64,000 nucleotides of DNA from Eledone cirrhosa (GCA_964016885.1 OZ024742.1:361584001-361648000); one strand, 5' to 3'; counted from the stretch's first letter, positions 38,638-53,974 are shown. Numbers and translations: made by a program. Notes: generated by a model from the sequence alone, not told the origin.

Positions 38638-39690
38638 TTGTTGAAGAAGAAACAGGGAGACAACAACTGGAATATATACAAAACAACTAAATCTCTTAAA
38701 TAACTTCACTTATATCCAAAATATGATTTGTATATACATCAACAGTGACTGATTATTATACGCCAGTCACAACCCCACTGCAAAAAACGATATCTATATA
38801 ACAACCCCACCGTAAAACTACTCTTCCCCACTTTACAAACACTTTATATTATTTGTCATTAAGGTTTCTTAAAATAAATATATATACGTATGTGTAGTAA
38901 TTAGTACGGGGGGCTAAGAGAAGGGACGAGTGTGTCTTGATGGAGGGCACATGGGACCAGCAAAGTCCTAAAAGTAGAGACCAGTAAATGAGATAAGGTC
39001 CTAGCTATGTTAAGAATATAAATAAGAAACATGTTCTATACATTTAAGAAGACAAGAGAAACATGTTCTATACATTTAAGAAATAATTATTTACCTCTTT
39101 CATGTCGGTAATATAGCGGTGTTATAAAACTAATTATAACGACCGGTGTTAAAATAGAGAGAGATAGACAGATAAATGTGTGTCACACTCTCACCCTCTC
39201 TTTAAATCTTTTACACTATCTATCTCGTGCTTCTCTCCCTCTCTTTACATCTTTTACTCTATCTCCCTCTCTTTACATCTACCTCTTATTTCTATCTGTG
39301 TACATATATATGTGTATGTATGTATCTGTCTATGTGTAACTAGGTGTACTAGAGCAATATGAAGTGAAGTGTCTTGCTCAAGAAGACATTTTGTGGAGTT
39401 ATATCATCGTTTCTTGTTATAAAGCTACTTATACTACCGGTGTAACAGTGGCTATAGGTGAAAGATGTAGAAATAAAAGGCTGTAATAGCGATATAAATA
39501 TAGATGAAATAGTTTACCACGAGACTAAGAATGAATGTTTAATGGAATTAAGTGTAATCTAATAGGAAATAAGAGGCTAGAGCAGCGAAATGTTTACGTA
39601 AAATAAAATAACAACAAACAAGAGTGCAACATGGTCATTTTTGTTTTATTTTGTCGATATAAGTGTTATTTTATGCGCGATTTGCCTTGC

Positions 39691-39770
39691 TGCCGGCGTT
39701 GCTCAGTCAGTAGCAGCCCCGCTTACGAACTTCAGGAGCCAACGACTTTACATGGTTCGAATCTCACCCT
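39691..39770 (+). other. tRNA-like (Pol III box A/B) head, probably SINE-derived
   Basis: GTTGCTCAGTCAGTAG and GGTTCGAATC; no complete cloverleaf. Confidence 0.45.
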
Positions 39771-40471
39771 CTCCGCTCTTGTCGAGTTATCTCCTACTCT
39801 TTTTACTTAGTTCCAGGTCATTGAAAAAGAGAAAAGAGGGCGCGGCGATCGGCATATGCACTGGCTACAATGTTGAACTTTGGAACTGACTGCGTAGTTG
39901 AACGTTCCATATACCAACCGCCCAACTGGCCAGTCAACCGCAAATACGGCTGGCTGGCCGGTTGGGTAGTTGGCATATGTACTGGCTACCATGCTGAACA
40001 TTGGTATGACTGTCAAGTTGAACGTTCTAACCCTCTCTTTACATCTATTACTCTATCTACCGCTTATTTCTCCCCCTCTCTTTACTTCTATAACTCTATC
40101 TCCCACTCTCTTTACATCTATTACAGTGTCTCCCTGTATATATACACGTATATATGCACTAGATTTTATAAGAAATCTACGTAATAATATAGTTAACAAT
40201 AGTTGATGAATTAGACCAGAGTTAATTAAACAATAAATATGAATGAAATGGCAGGAGATGGCGAAACTTGAGTGTTGTGTGTGCATACATATATATGAGG
40301 TAAACTGGTTCAAATACTGTCAGGATTATATTGGATCAAAGACTGTATTAAATAGAAAGTAAAAAATGAAGTGAAAATATAAAAACAAACTGAAAATTTC
40401 CCCATCCCTAGAAAAATTCATATCTTGTTATATATAGATAATTGGCGCTTTAAATTGAATAAATATTCATT

Positions 40472-40502
<31 letters not shown>

Positions 40503-40569
40503 GTACACTGATATATGTGTGTGTATATATATATATGTACATATATGTATGTGTATATGTGTACATATG

Positions 40570-40674
<105 letters not shown>

Positions 40675-40904
40675 ACTTCATCATATGTCCGCTTTTCCAT
40701 GCTTGCAAGGGTGGGATGGGAGCTGATTCTGGATTGGTTTCTACAGCTGGGTGCCCTTCCTGACGCCAACCCCGTTTGCAGTGAGTGCTGGGTGCTTTTT
40801 TTTTCCGTGGCACCTCCACGTCAGCTTTACAGTGTGGGCTGGGTGCTTTTTTGCCGTGGTGCCTCCACGACCACTTTGCGGTGGAGTGGTGGGGTGGTAT
40901 GTGT

Positions 40905-41220
40905 ATACCCAGCCCATTGTCATTTCCCACACAGAAAAGCTTATAGCATCGTTCTTTACCCACGATGAATCTAGCAGACCCACCCCTCCACCTGGTCTCT
41001 TGAATACAACAAACATCGACCTCATTACGTTCAAGCATTTCTACAACCTCGTTAGAGCCACCCTTTAAGGTGCCTACATTCATGGTACCAACTCTGAAGT
41101 TTTGGATTGCGTTTGGAGGGTGGGAGCGGTGGGGAGCGAGGATGGGGTTATGTTAGCCATCCGCGGCCGAAACAAAGAGGAGGAGCCCTTGCATTCTCGT
41201 CCATGAGGTGGATTTGCCTT
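40905..41220 (-). mobile_element. RTE LINE 5' UTR and APE N-terminus
   Basis: TMNVGTL...[11 protein letters not shown]; near-identical to 43712-44022. Confidence 0.85.
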
Positions 41221-41802
41221 TATGTATGTATATATATATATGTATGTATGTGTGTGTATGTATGTATATGTATATATGAGTGTATATGTATATGTGTATA
41301 TATGTATGTGTATGTATGTGTATATATGTGTATATGTATATGTATGTGTGTGTATGCATATATGTGTGTGTATGTATATATATATATATGTATGTGTATG
41401 TATATGTATGTGTATATGTATGTATGTGTATGTGTGTATATGTATATATGTATGTATGTATGTATGTGTATGTGTGTATATGTATATATGTATGTATGTG
41501 TATATATGTATGTATGTGTATATATGTATGTATGTATATGTATGTATGTATATGTATATATATGTGTGTATATGTATATATACTTATGTATATGTGTATA
41601 TGCTTATGTATGTATATGTATATATATGTATGTATATGTGTATGTATGTATGTATGTGTATATATATATGTATGGTGTATATATATGTATGGTGTATGTG
41701 TATATATATATGTGTATATATATATGTATGTGTATATATATATGTATGGTGTATATATATGTATGGTGTATGTGTATATATATATGTATGTGTATATATA
41801 TA

Positions 41803-42403
41803 TGTCAGGTCACCAGTTGGTGCTACTGGTAACATGTATCCCAGTACAACCTGTCTCATGGTCGGGTCGTTGACGACTAAACTGGCAACCCCACCAAGGT
41901 TTCTTGGTGAGGAGGGTGACTTTGGACATCCTGCAGGACTAAAAACAAAACCTGTCAAAGGGCATAGGAGCTCTTAAGAGTCAGTGGCCATCCAAAATCA
42001 CCGGGAGAGATGACCCTTAGCCTTTGTCAAGGCAGAATTCTAGGAGAAGGAAAACTCTGATATAACACCTGCAGTATCCAATGATGTTGACTTGTTCTTC
42101 TTTTTGGTAAATATCATCTTGGTTAAGAGAGTGGGACTGGCTTTGTGCAGTGCCTTTGCTCACTATAAAAGCTTCACGGCACAGGCATTGCTTTATATCT
42201 GGAGATCTCTTAACACTTGTCGTCACATGGTACCATGGGCCCAGCACTATGTGTCAATAATTGTCACAAATGAAGTGTTTGTACCAGAGTTTTCAAGTCG
42301 CTGGCTGGACTAAAAAGTCACACTTGTTCAGCGCATCGGTAGGGGTTCTCCTACATAGATATAAAGTAGTGGCCGTACTCGAAAACGAGTTGGCAGCCAC
42401 CAT
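41803..42403 (+). mobile_element. ~600-bp non-autonomous RTE-derived retroposon, copy 4
   Basis: Same sequence; microsatellite on both sides. Confidence 0.75.
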
Positions 42404-42410
42404 ATGTATG

Positions 42411-42489
<79 letters not shown>

Positions 42490-42506
42490 GTATGTATATG
42501 TATATG

Positions 42507-44022
42507 GTGGCCTTACTTATTATACTACCTTCAACTTGCACTGCTGGTCCCTCTATTGGGTCGATGTGGGGGAGACTGTCTTTCTCCCAATTATTCTCCT
42601 CATTTAGTAGCCTTTCGTAGTGACACTTCCAAGCTACCTTCTTATCAGCGTCAGTGATGGCAAGTACACCATCATCATTTAGGACACACTTCTCCCCGAC
42701 AATATCACGGTTTTCCTTGACACATTGCCTAGCAATCCTGAACACCTCACGTTTTTGGTCCTCGCGTTGTAGAACATGCTTGAACTTTCTTTCCTCTGCT
42801 TCCCTTCTTGCGAAGTACACTTGTCTCCTAGCTTCCCTCCTGCCCACTTGATAGTCTTCTCTACTTCCCCCATCCCGCCATGCTTTCCAAGCCTGCTTTT
42901 TGGCCTTGATTGACCTCTCCACCTTACTGTTCCACCACCAAGTTACTCTCCTCCTGCCTATAGGCCTGCTCCAGCCACAGGTTTCATCTGTAGCCTTCAG
43001 CAGGTTAGCTTTCAGGAATTCCCACTGTTCCTCTATATTGTACGACTCTCATTGCTCTTCCTTACTATCAAAAGCATCAAGTAATATGCTTTTAAATTTA
43101 TGACTGGCTGTGGGGTCCTTTAATTCCCAGATTTTTCTCCTGAGGATAGTCCTCTTCTGTTGTCGAATACATCTCGTCCTGACTATGAGGTCGCTAATTA
43201 TGAGTCCATGTTGAGACGTGCATTCTTCATGGGGGAGGGATTTAGTGTTTACAACAGACACTCTGTCATGTCTCCTGGTAAGGATATAATCTACCTGGCT
43301 TGTGTGTTCCCCCGATCTATAGGTGATCAAGTGATTGTCTCGTTTTTTGAAGTTAGTGTTACAGATAGCTAGGTTATTTGCGTCACAGAATTCCAGGATT
43401 CTGGAGCCTTCGTCATTTCTAGTACCAAACCCATAACCTCCATGGTTCCGTCATAGCCGTCACAATGTTGTCCAACGTGACCATTTAGGTCGCCAGCAAT
43501 AATTATATAGTCACTGTCGGTTATTTGGGAGGTAGTGAGCATCAGTGTCTCATAGAATCTGTCTTTTATAGTGCCGGGCAGTCCGGATTGGGGTACGTAC
43601 GCAGATATTACTGTCACCGTAGTTCTATTGAGGACAAGTCTTATTTTAATTATTCTGTCGTTCACTCTATTTACGTCTATTATCTTATCTGCTACCATGA
43701 TTCCTACTCCACCCAGCCCATTGTCATTTCCCACCCAGAAAAGCTTATAGCATCGTTCTTTACCCACGATGAATCTAGCAGACCCACCCCTCCACCTGGT
43801 CTCTTGAATACAACAAACATCGACCTCCTTACGTTCAAGCATTTCTACAACCTCGTTAGAGCCACCCTTTAAGGTGCCTACATTCATGGTACCAACTCTG
43901 AAGTTTTGGATTGCGTTTAGAGGGTGGGAGCGGTGGGGAGCGGGGATGGGGTTATGTTAGCCATCCGCGGCCGAAACAAAGAGGAGGAGCCCTTGCATTC
44001 TCGTCCATGAGATGGATTTGTC
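42507..44022 (-). mobile_element. RTE LINE 5' half (5' UTR, APE endonuclease, linker)
   Basis: NVGTL, CIQETRW, GGVGI, ISAYVPQ, AGDLNGHVG, SQVDYIL, ARREARRQV-like linker. Confidence 0.9.
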
Positions 44023-44198
44023 TTTATGTATGTATATATATATATGTATGTATGTATGTATGTGTGTATGTATGTATATGTATATATGCGTGTATATGTA
44101 TGTGTATATGTATGTATATGTATGTGTATGTATGTGTATATATGTGTATATGTATATGTGTGTGTATGTATATATGTGTGTATGTATATATGTGTGTG

Positions 44199-44249
<51 letters not shown>

Positions 44250-44559
44250 ATGTATATGTATGTGTATATGTATGTATATGTATGTATGTATGTGTATGTG
44301 TATATGTATATATATATGTATGTATGTGTATGTGTATATGTATATATGTATGTGTATGTGTATATGTATATATGTATGTATATGTGTATATGTATGTATA
44401 TATGTATGTATATATGTATGTATATGTATATATGTATATATACTTGTGTATATGTATATATACTTATGTGTATATGCTTATATATGTGTATGTATGTATA
44501 TGTATATTATGTATATATATATATATGTATGTGTATGTATGTATGTGTATATATGTATG

Positions 44560-44614
<55 letters not shown>

Positions 44615-44632
44615 ATGTATGTGTATGTATAT

Positions 44633-44980
44633 GGAGGCACATGGCTTAGTGGTTAGAGCATTGGCCTTGCAATCAAAAGGTTGTGAGTTCAATTCTCAGA
44701 CCGGATGATGTGTTGTTTCCTTGAGCAAGACACTTTATTTCACATTGCTCCAGTTTACTCAGCTGTAGAAATGAGATGATAGGGACTGGGTCCATATAAT
44801 TCCACTACAAAGCGGTGGTGGAGGTGCCACGGCAAAAAAGCACCCAGCACTCACTGTAAATGAGGTTGGTGTTAGGAAGGGCATCCAGCTGTAGAAATCA
44901 AGCCAGAATCAGTTTCGTCCCACCCTTGCAAGCAGGGAAAAAGCGGACTTAAAACGAAATGATGATGATGATGATGATGA
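44633..44980 (+). mobile_element. tRNA-derived SINE with RTE-type tail
   Basis: Paralog of 35643-35988. Confidence 0.8.
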
Positions 44981-45639
44981 TGTATGTATGTATGTGTATA
45001 TGTATGTATGTATGTATGTATATGTATGTATGTGTATGAGATGCAGTTTGCTTTTGTGCCTCTGAAAAGTACAACAGATGCCCTCTTCTTAGTGAGACAA
45101 CTACAAGAGAGGTTCTTAGAGACAAATAAGCCACTATACTTAGCATTGGACAAAGAGAAGGCTTTTGATAGAGAACTCTTATAAATGTCAACATATATAT
45201 ATATGTGTGTGTATATATATGTTTTTTTTAAAACTTTATATTTATTACTCCCTTAAGCAGAAGAAATATATTCCCAGATATCGAAGATTACCACAATAAC
45301 TAGGGAGTGGAAGTCAATAAATGCTGGACATTGCTGCTGAGGGTAGGATGACCTGATGAGCTGGCTCCTGTGGTGGATACCTAAACATAGTAAGACCCAA
45401 GTGGGATGACTGAGGTTCACCTACATACATCAGATATCTCTGGATCTCCAGCTGGAGATTAATGATCTCAGGAATGCCATGAAAAATCGTGACATCTAAA
45501 AAAGAAGAGTAGAATTGTTCTGGCCAATCCACCTGACCTAATAACCAATAATAATATTAATATATATTGATGAAAATTAATTATGGTGAAATATCTTAGA
45601 AATCATTCTCAGAGGTTTTGTATTGTAATCCACACTTGC

Positions 45640-46610
45640 TCCTTGTGGCTTCTGATGCAGACATCATGTCCGCCATCAGGTCCTTCCCAGCTAGCAGCTG
45701 CGGAGATGTTGATGGTCTCTGACCAGGCCTCCTCAAGGAGTTGATATCTCCCCTCTCCGCCGCCTTCTGAGTGCAATTGTGGCGCTCACCAATAGGCTCA
45801 TCCATGGCACCCTAGACTCTTACGCCCGAGGCCTCTTTTTTCGGCCAGCCTCACCGCTCTCAGGAAGAAAGAGGGTGGCATACGCCCCATTGCTGTGGGC
45901 AATGTCTTCCGGAGGCTGGCTGCCAAGGTGATCTGCAAGTCCGTAACACTCGGAACCGGCATCCAGGGACTCCAGCCACCTCATTGTCAAGTTTGACATG
46001 AGGAATGCCTTCAACTCTTTACGCTGGGATCATCTGCTCGAGGCCTGCCTCAGCCGAGCCCCCTCTGCCTACCTGTCATATGGAGCCCCGAGCATGCTCC
46101 TTGCTGCTGATACGGTCATACCCTCGGCTACTGGGGTCCAACAGGGCAACCCTTTGGGACCCCTCCTGTTCACCCTTGGTATTGACCACATCGCCCGGAG
46201 TATAATGGCCCCTCGCAACGTTTAATATCTGGATGATGCTACTTTGGGTGGGCCCGTACAGACGGTCTGCCATGACCTTCGATCGGTGGTTCCTGCCCTG
46301 GCGGGAATCGACCTCCAGGTCAACTCAGCCAAGTCGGAGGTGGTGAATGTCAGCCTCAATGCTGCAAGCTTTGCAGTCTCCGTCTTGGACGTGCGGTCCA
46401 TTCTCCGCCAGGTTCAGGCGACCCCCAAAGAGGATGCCCTCACCGATCCACCCGCCGGCCATCCGCTCCACCATCAGGTCCAGGCTTCAAAAGCTCCAGA
46501 CTCTCACGAGCCGACTGGGGTTGATTGATGGCCACCCAGTTCTCTTTCTGCTGAGGAACTGCTATGCCATGCCGAAGCTCCTCTATACACTCTGTGCTAC
46601 ACCCAGACAT
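45640..46610 (+). mobile_element. Partial second copy of the CRE-like element
   Basis: Near-identical to 36640-37590. Confidence 0.8.
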
Positions 46611-46619
46611 CTCAGACAT

Positions 46620-48090
46620 TTAGCTAGGTACTTCTCCTGCAGTTGTCGTACAAGGAAAAGAGCGTCTGTGGTACTTTTACTTGACACAAACCCAAACGTC
46701 ATTTCGTCTAGATCAATTCGCTCTCTTTTTAATTGCGCTATAACTCTTTCTGTGACCTTCATGACCTGGTCAATTAATTGAATGCCTCTATAGTTTCCCC
46801 TATATAGGGCATCTCCTTTACCCTTGTAGCAGTTAATGAAGCTGATGCTGTTATGCCAGTCATTTGGTATAACCCCATTCTGTATGACATGGTTTACTAT
46901 CCGGGTGACCATAGTGTGTCCCACCGATCCAGATGCTTTCAACATTTCAGCAACTATCTGTGAAGGCCCAGCTGCTTTGCCTGTCTCCATATCTTTGATT
47001 GCCTTACTTATTATACAACCTTCAACTTGCACTGCTGGTTCCTCTATTGGATTGATTTGAGGCAGACTATCTTTTTCCCACTTATTCTCCTCATTTAGTA
47101 GCCTCTCGTAGTGACACTTCCAAGCTACCTTTTTATCTGTATCAGTGATGACAAGTATACCATCATCATTACGGGCACACTTCTCCCCGACAATATCACG
47201 GTTTTCCTTGACTCATTGCCTAGCAATCCTGAACACCTCACGTTTTTGGTCCTCGCGTTGTAGAACATGCTTGAACTTTATTTCCTCTGCTTCCCTTCTT
47301 GCAAAGTACACTTGTCTCCTAGCTTTCCTCCTGGCCACTTGATAGTCTTCTCTACTTCCCCCATCCCGCCATACTTTCCAAGCTCTCTTTTTGGCCTTGA
47401 TTGACTCCTCCACCTTACTGTTCCACCACCATGTTACTCTTCTCCTGCTTATAGGTCTGCTCCAGCCACAGATTTCATCTGTCGCCTTCAGCAGGTTAAC
47501 TTTCAGGAATTCCCACTGTTCCTCTATACTGTATGTCTCTAATTGCTCTTCTTTACTGTCAAAAGCATCAAGTAATAAATTTGTTACTGGCTGTGGGGTC
47601 CTTTAACTTTCATATTCTTCTTCTCAGGGTAGTCCTCCTGTTGTCGAATACATCTCGTCCTGACTATGAGGTCACTAACTATGAGCTATGTTGGGAGGTG
47701 CATTCTTCACGGGGGAGGGAAATAGTGTTTACAACAGACACTTTTTCACATCTTCTGGTAAGGATATAATCTATCTGAATGGCATGTTCCCCTGATCTAT
47801 AGGTGATCAAGTGATTGTCTGGTTTTTTAAAGTTTGTGTTACAGATAGTTAGGTTATTAGAGTTACAGAATTCCAGGATTCTAAAGCCTTCCTCATTTCT
47901 GGTACCAAACCTGTAGCCACTATGGATTCCATCATAGCTATCACAATGTTGTCCAACATGACCATTTAGGTCGCCAACAATTATGTTGTCACTGTCGGTT
48001 AGTTGGGAGGTAGTGAGCATTAGCGACTCATAGAATCTGTCTTTAATAACGCCAGGCAGTCCACATTGGGGTGTGTAAGCAGATATTATT
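46620..48090 (-). mobile_element. RTE LINE fragment (APE C-terminal half to RT N-terminus)
   Basis: GDLNGHVG, QIDYIL, KAAGPSQIVAEML, NYRGIQL. Confidence 0.85.
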
Positions 48091-49219
48091 GTCCCCCTTT
48101 GCCCACCAGTCTCTTAAAGTAGCAGTAAAACATTGAACAATATTGAGTCAGCTTTTATAAAGTCGTTTGTCAAACGAGAGAACAGAGACAATACCAGTAA
48201 CCACGAGAGAGACAACCAACCAACCATAATTATATAATAAATCAAAGTGAAAACAAAACAATATAATTCAACAGATTTTTCCAGATAAATCTTGCAAAAC
48301 AATTTTTACCACCACCACCAACATAATTTCATCAACACACATATTATACATATATATATACATATATATCTTTCATTTTTTAACCTTAATCCCTAACAAA
48401 TCCCACCCCCTCCAGTTCTAAAAATAGCAAATTTTTCCAGAAAGATAGACAGGGAAGAGAGGAAACACAGAGAAGAGAGGAACCCAGTATTTGACTGGTA
48501 CTTTTATTCATAAAAAGATGAAGAGAAAAATAGAGAGGAAGAATTCACATCAGTATTTCACTGGTACTTTTTTTATCAACCTCCAAGGGATGAAAGGCAA
48601 AGTTGACCTCGGCGGGATTTCAACTCAGAGAGCATAGAACAAAAACGAATACTGCAAGGTATTCTAATAACTCCCATCTTATATGACATTTTATATATAT
48701 ATATAACAATTGTATATATGCATGTGTGTATATACAACAAAATGATGAAATTAATTAAATGGAAAATTTTTCCCCAATACAAAACGTAAAAATAAATTTA
48801 ACAAAGCTTTTTTTTGAAGAAATTAATTATATTTAATTTTTTTTTAAAGAAATAAATGAAATTAAACTTTTTATTTTTTAAGAAAAAAATTAAATTGAAC
48901 TTTTATTTAAGAAATAAATTAAACTGAAATTTTATTTTTTAAGAAATAAATTAAATATAAATCTGACTGACCTGCAGCCATTTGACTTCCCGTGAGGGAT
49001 TATGAAGTGGCAGGAGCTCGTGTGCTGAGATCTAACTGGTATGCAGGTGACAGAGACATATTTCCACCAGGAGCCTGGAATATGGAAAGTATAAAACGCA
49101 CACTGGTATTTATAAGGATCTCAATAAGGAATGACACATGACAATGAAAGACATAGGCGTTATCTAATTATGTAGGCGTTATCTAATTTGCAGTCAACAT
49201 ACACACACACCCACTAATA

Positions 49220-49657
49220 TCATCATCATTTTACGTTCGCTTTTCCCTGCTTGCAAGGGTTGGACGGGTCCTATTCAGCACAGTATCTCTCCACTTGTCA
49301 CGGTCCTTCGTCATCTCCTCGGTGAGATTTGAGGTCTGCTCTCACCACCTCCGCCCATGTTTTTCGTGGTCTACCTCTACTGCGTCTTCCTTCTACTGGG
49401 ATTTCTTGGCACTTCTTTACCCGGCGGTCATCCTACATTCGCATCACATGTCCATACCATCTCAGCCTTCTCTCCTGCACACCACAACTTATCCCTCTTA
49501 TACCCAGTTTCTTTCTCAACTCGTCTATGCTTGGTCGTTCACGCACTTTGGCATTGCACATCCAATGGAGCATGCTTGCTTCATTTCTCTCTAGCCGTTG
49601 CATATCTTCTGCAGTTGCTGCCCACGTCTCACTACCATGCAGCATCACGGATCTCAC
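49220..49657 (-). mobile_element. RTE LINE 3' end
   Basis: MLHGSETW...ERRLRWYGHVMRM plus tail. Confidence 0.85.
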
Positions 49658-50480
49658 ACATATGTGTGTATGTATGTATCTGTGTGTGTGTGTATAATTG
49701 TGAACCTGATGGTGGGGATGGAGATGGTAGTAGTTGTTTGGGCGGAAATTTCATTGAGATGAAAGAATAGTTTTGCCAGTCAGTGTGGGTATGTGTATGT
49801 GTGTATGTGTAACAACAACAACAACACAAACACCGCCACCACTCCCAACAACACCGCCAATCCAAACAACACCACCACCACAACGAACAATAATATCAGC
49901 AAAAACTAAAACATGATTTATTATTCTGTGAAGAAATTGAATATTTTGATCAGAACAATGTGAAATATATGTGTGTGTGTGAGTGTATGCATGTATGTGT
50001 GTACGTGTATATCGTAATTTCTATGTCTATATTTATGAGAAAGAAGGATAGAGAATCAACAGATCATGTATATAAATAGCTATTCAGTTTCATATATACA
50101 CACCCACCCAAAAACTAAAACTTAACCCTATCAATTCTTCTACAAATTGATGAATCCTGTCTTATCTAAGTGACAATCATATTTAAACAATAAAATACAA
50201 CCCCAAACCTTCCAAATACCTAACCTGTTGCAGTAATTATGTCACATGAAATATCTTTCTTTTAACAGCATACACTTAGCACTGACTGAGACCGAACCAG
50301 CCTTAACAAGGCATAAATTCAATGACAGTTTTATCAAACAACAAAATTTCCGACTAAAAGGGAAACAACTCCAATAATTTTATTAAAATATTGTAAAGTA
50401 ATCTCCCCTCGCTAATTGGAATGCTGCATAAACAGATTTGTAGTCTTATGTAAACACACAAACACTATACACAATAACAC

Positions 50481-50570
<90 letters not shown>

Positions 50571-51139
50571 AACATGGGGAGAAGAATACTGCATGGTTGC
50601 ACATGGATTACATATTATAAAATTAGTCCCTCATCAGTGATTTGCCAACGATCATTGGTATTTCATCGCATTAAAAATCAGTATATATATATATATATAT
50701 AAATCAATATATATATATATATATAAATATATGTGTATATATAGATATACATACACGTGTATACATACATAGATATATGTACACATAAGTATATACATAC
50801 ATGACAATATACTATAGCCCCACGACTCACGGCTACATCACAACTAAAGCGCAACTATTTCAACGCTGGCAATCTAGCTCAACCTATCAGAGCTACAAGT
50901 CATAATGTCAGAGTAAAAAGAAATAAAATTAAGCTTTTTAAACAAACGAGTTTTAGGGTATTATATAAAATATAACCGGTGGCAATGTAATCCATCTTAG
51001 CAATTAATTATTATTGAAATTATATTTTAAAAACAAATAGATATTTAGTGCTCTGTCTGTTCATGTGAGTGAGAGAGTGTGTGAGTGTATATATGTATGT
51101 GTGTGTTTTCTGCGTTCATTTTTTCACAAATTATTATCC

Positions 51140-52735
51140 GATAGAGGGACCAGCTATTGACAAAGATGAATATAGGGTTAGGGCATCAGAAGTAGCTACT
51201 AAACTGGTTGCACGCATCGTCAATCAGGTTATATATATGGCTGAGTCATACCCAAAGACTGGTGCAGCAGTATCCTTATAAATTGCGACAAAGGTAGAAA
51301 GGGATGCTCTGGAAATGAGCAATTATAGAGGCATCAAACTGATGGATCAGGTTATGAAAGTGGCAGAAAGAATACTATTGCAACTAATTAGAGAAAGGGC
51401 CAAACTAAATGAGATGCAGTTTGGTTTTATGTCTGGGAAAAGTACAACAGATGCCCTCTTCTTAGTGATACAACTACAAGAGAGGTTCTTAGAGAAAAAT
51501 AAGCCACTATACTTAGATTTTGATGACTTAGAGGAGGTCTTTGATAGTGTACCACGATCTGTCATCTGGTGGTATCTAAGGAAAATAGGTGTAGAGGAAT
51601 GGCTTGTGAGGACAGTGCAAGCTAAGTACATAGGTTCTGTCAGTAAAGTGAGAGAAGTAATGGAGTTTAATGAGGAATTCCAGATACAAGTAGGAGTGCA
51701 TCAGGGCTCTGTCTTCAGCCCGCTCTTGTTCATTATAATTATCCAAGCCATAACACGAGTTTAAGACTGGCTGCCCATGGGAACTTCTCTATGCTGACGA
51801 TCTGGTACTTATAGCAGATTCAGTAGAGGAACTAGAGAAGAAATTCTGTCTATGGAAAAAGCAGTTGGAATCAAGAGGACTGAGAGTGAACCTAGCTAAG
51901 ACAAAAGTGTTGATAAGTAGAGAAGAGGACAAAACTCTGATTCCATCAGAGAAATGGTCATGTTCAATATGTAGAAAAGGAGTTGGGATAAATTCTATAA
52001 AATGTACACAATGCAGATCCTGGGTACACAAGAGATGTAGTGGGATAGCAGGCAAACTAACAAGTAGGGAGAAATACGTATGCAGTAGTTGTACAGAACT
52101 TGACAGTAGAAGACGCAGTGATAGACACATTTACCACATGAAGGTGGGTTCTATAGAAGTGGGTGATAGCTTCCGCTACCTAGGTGATCTGATTAGAATG
52201 GGAGCGGGTGTTCCGAGACCATAGTATCTAGAATAAGGACGGGTCGGAAGAAATTTAGGGAGCTTCTTCCTCTGTTGACAAAGAAGGATTTCTCCCTGCG
52301 TACGAAAGGACGGTTATATGATGACTGTGTGAGATGCGCGATGCTGCATGGTAGTGAGACTTGGGCAGCAACTGCAGAGGATATGCGACGGCTGGAGAGA
52401 AATGAACGACTAGGCATGGAGGACTTCAGGGAGAAACTGTTTAACTGGGATAAGTTGTAGCGTGCGGAAGAGAAGACTGTGTTGGTATAGACATGTGATG
52501 CGCATGGAGGATGACACCTAGGTAAAGAAATGCCAAGAAATCCCAGTAGAAGGACAACGCAGTAGAGGAAGACCACGAAAAATATGGGCGGAGCTGGTGT
52601 GAGCAGACCTCAAATCTCTAAAGCTCAATGAGGAGATGACGAAGGACCGTGACAAGTGGAGAGATACTGTGCTCAATAGGTTCGTCCCACCCTTGCAAGC
52701 AAGGAAAAGCAGACGTAAAGTGATGAAGTTGATGA
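51140..52735 (+). mobile_element. RTE LINE RT to 3' end, decayed
   Basis: NYRGIKLMDQ, GVHQGSV, PHD-like finger; paralog of 29261-30585. Confidence 0.85.
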
Positions 52736-53974
52736 CAAGACTTGTTGCAATTTAAACATCAACTACGTAGATATGTATGCATGTGTGTGCAGCTATCCAT
52801 CTATTTGTGTGTGCTTGTGTTCCTTTTCACTTATGTGTGCATCTGTATATGCTTAGTATTTAGATGCACATCATCTCCAATGTTTCAAATATTTTTTATC
52901 ATACTTAAATCGATTATACATCGAATTACAAATATAGTCGTCTTCTTTCTGTTTCTCTAAAGCAAAGATTCACAACTAATATGAACGTATAGTCAGGGTC
53001 GACCATGTGCAAATGTTTCCTTATTTCTGCATAGAGAGTAATATAGATAAACAAATTATATTATCTTCACCAACAAACGCTATATTGTCTCTCACTTTTA
53101 AGGATACGCTTTTGCAATAAAACAACAGGTAAGACAAACTATCTGATTCCCTAATATATAATATTATATTGGTATCTGCTTGGCAGCGAACTCCAACTGC
53201 TGAGCGTCGTCTGTTATGCTTCCGATTCATTGCTTTTCACCGGAACAATCCACAACTACTCTTTCTATGTCTTAAAACGTTGCTGTAACTCCCAATGTTT
53301 ACTCTCGGGGATGACCTTTCTAGGGATTGCATTCTTCACTCTTTTCGCCACATCTTTCCACAGCTTCTTCACATCGGTCACAACTTCAATGTTCAATCTG
53401 CACAATTTCCACTTCTTTCCACATCTAGGTCTTTTGTGTACATCCCTATCTATTCTGTGACTCAGTTAGTCTTAGTTTCAAGTTCTTATATTGTAAAATA
53501 ATATCTTTCAACATGGGAGACAATATAGCACTTGTTGCTGAAGATAGACTTTTATCATCTATATTATTCTCACTCTTCAGCTTCCAGGTAACACATCTAT
53601 GCATAATATTTGTGCGCGTAATTTGTCTATATTTGAGAAAAGGATAATGATAAAAAGATATATACAGGGAGGAGGAGAGTGACTTGGTGGTGGAACAATA
53701 TGGTAGATGAGGCAGTTAAGGTTAAGAGACAGGCATGGAAAGAATGGAAGAACAGGGCACATTACATAGAGACCAGGAGGGAAGCTAGTCGACAAGTATA
53801 ATTAGCTAGAAGGGAGGCAGAGGATAGGAAATTCAAGCATGTTTTGCAACACGAGGAACAGAAACAGGAGGTGTTCCAGATTACGAGGCAGTGTGTCAGA
53901 GAGAATTGTTATGTCATTGGAGAGAAGTGTTTCCAGAATGATAATGGTGAGCTTGCACTCACAAGTGCCCTATC

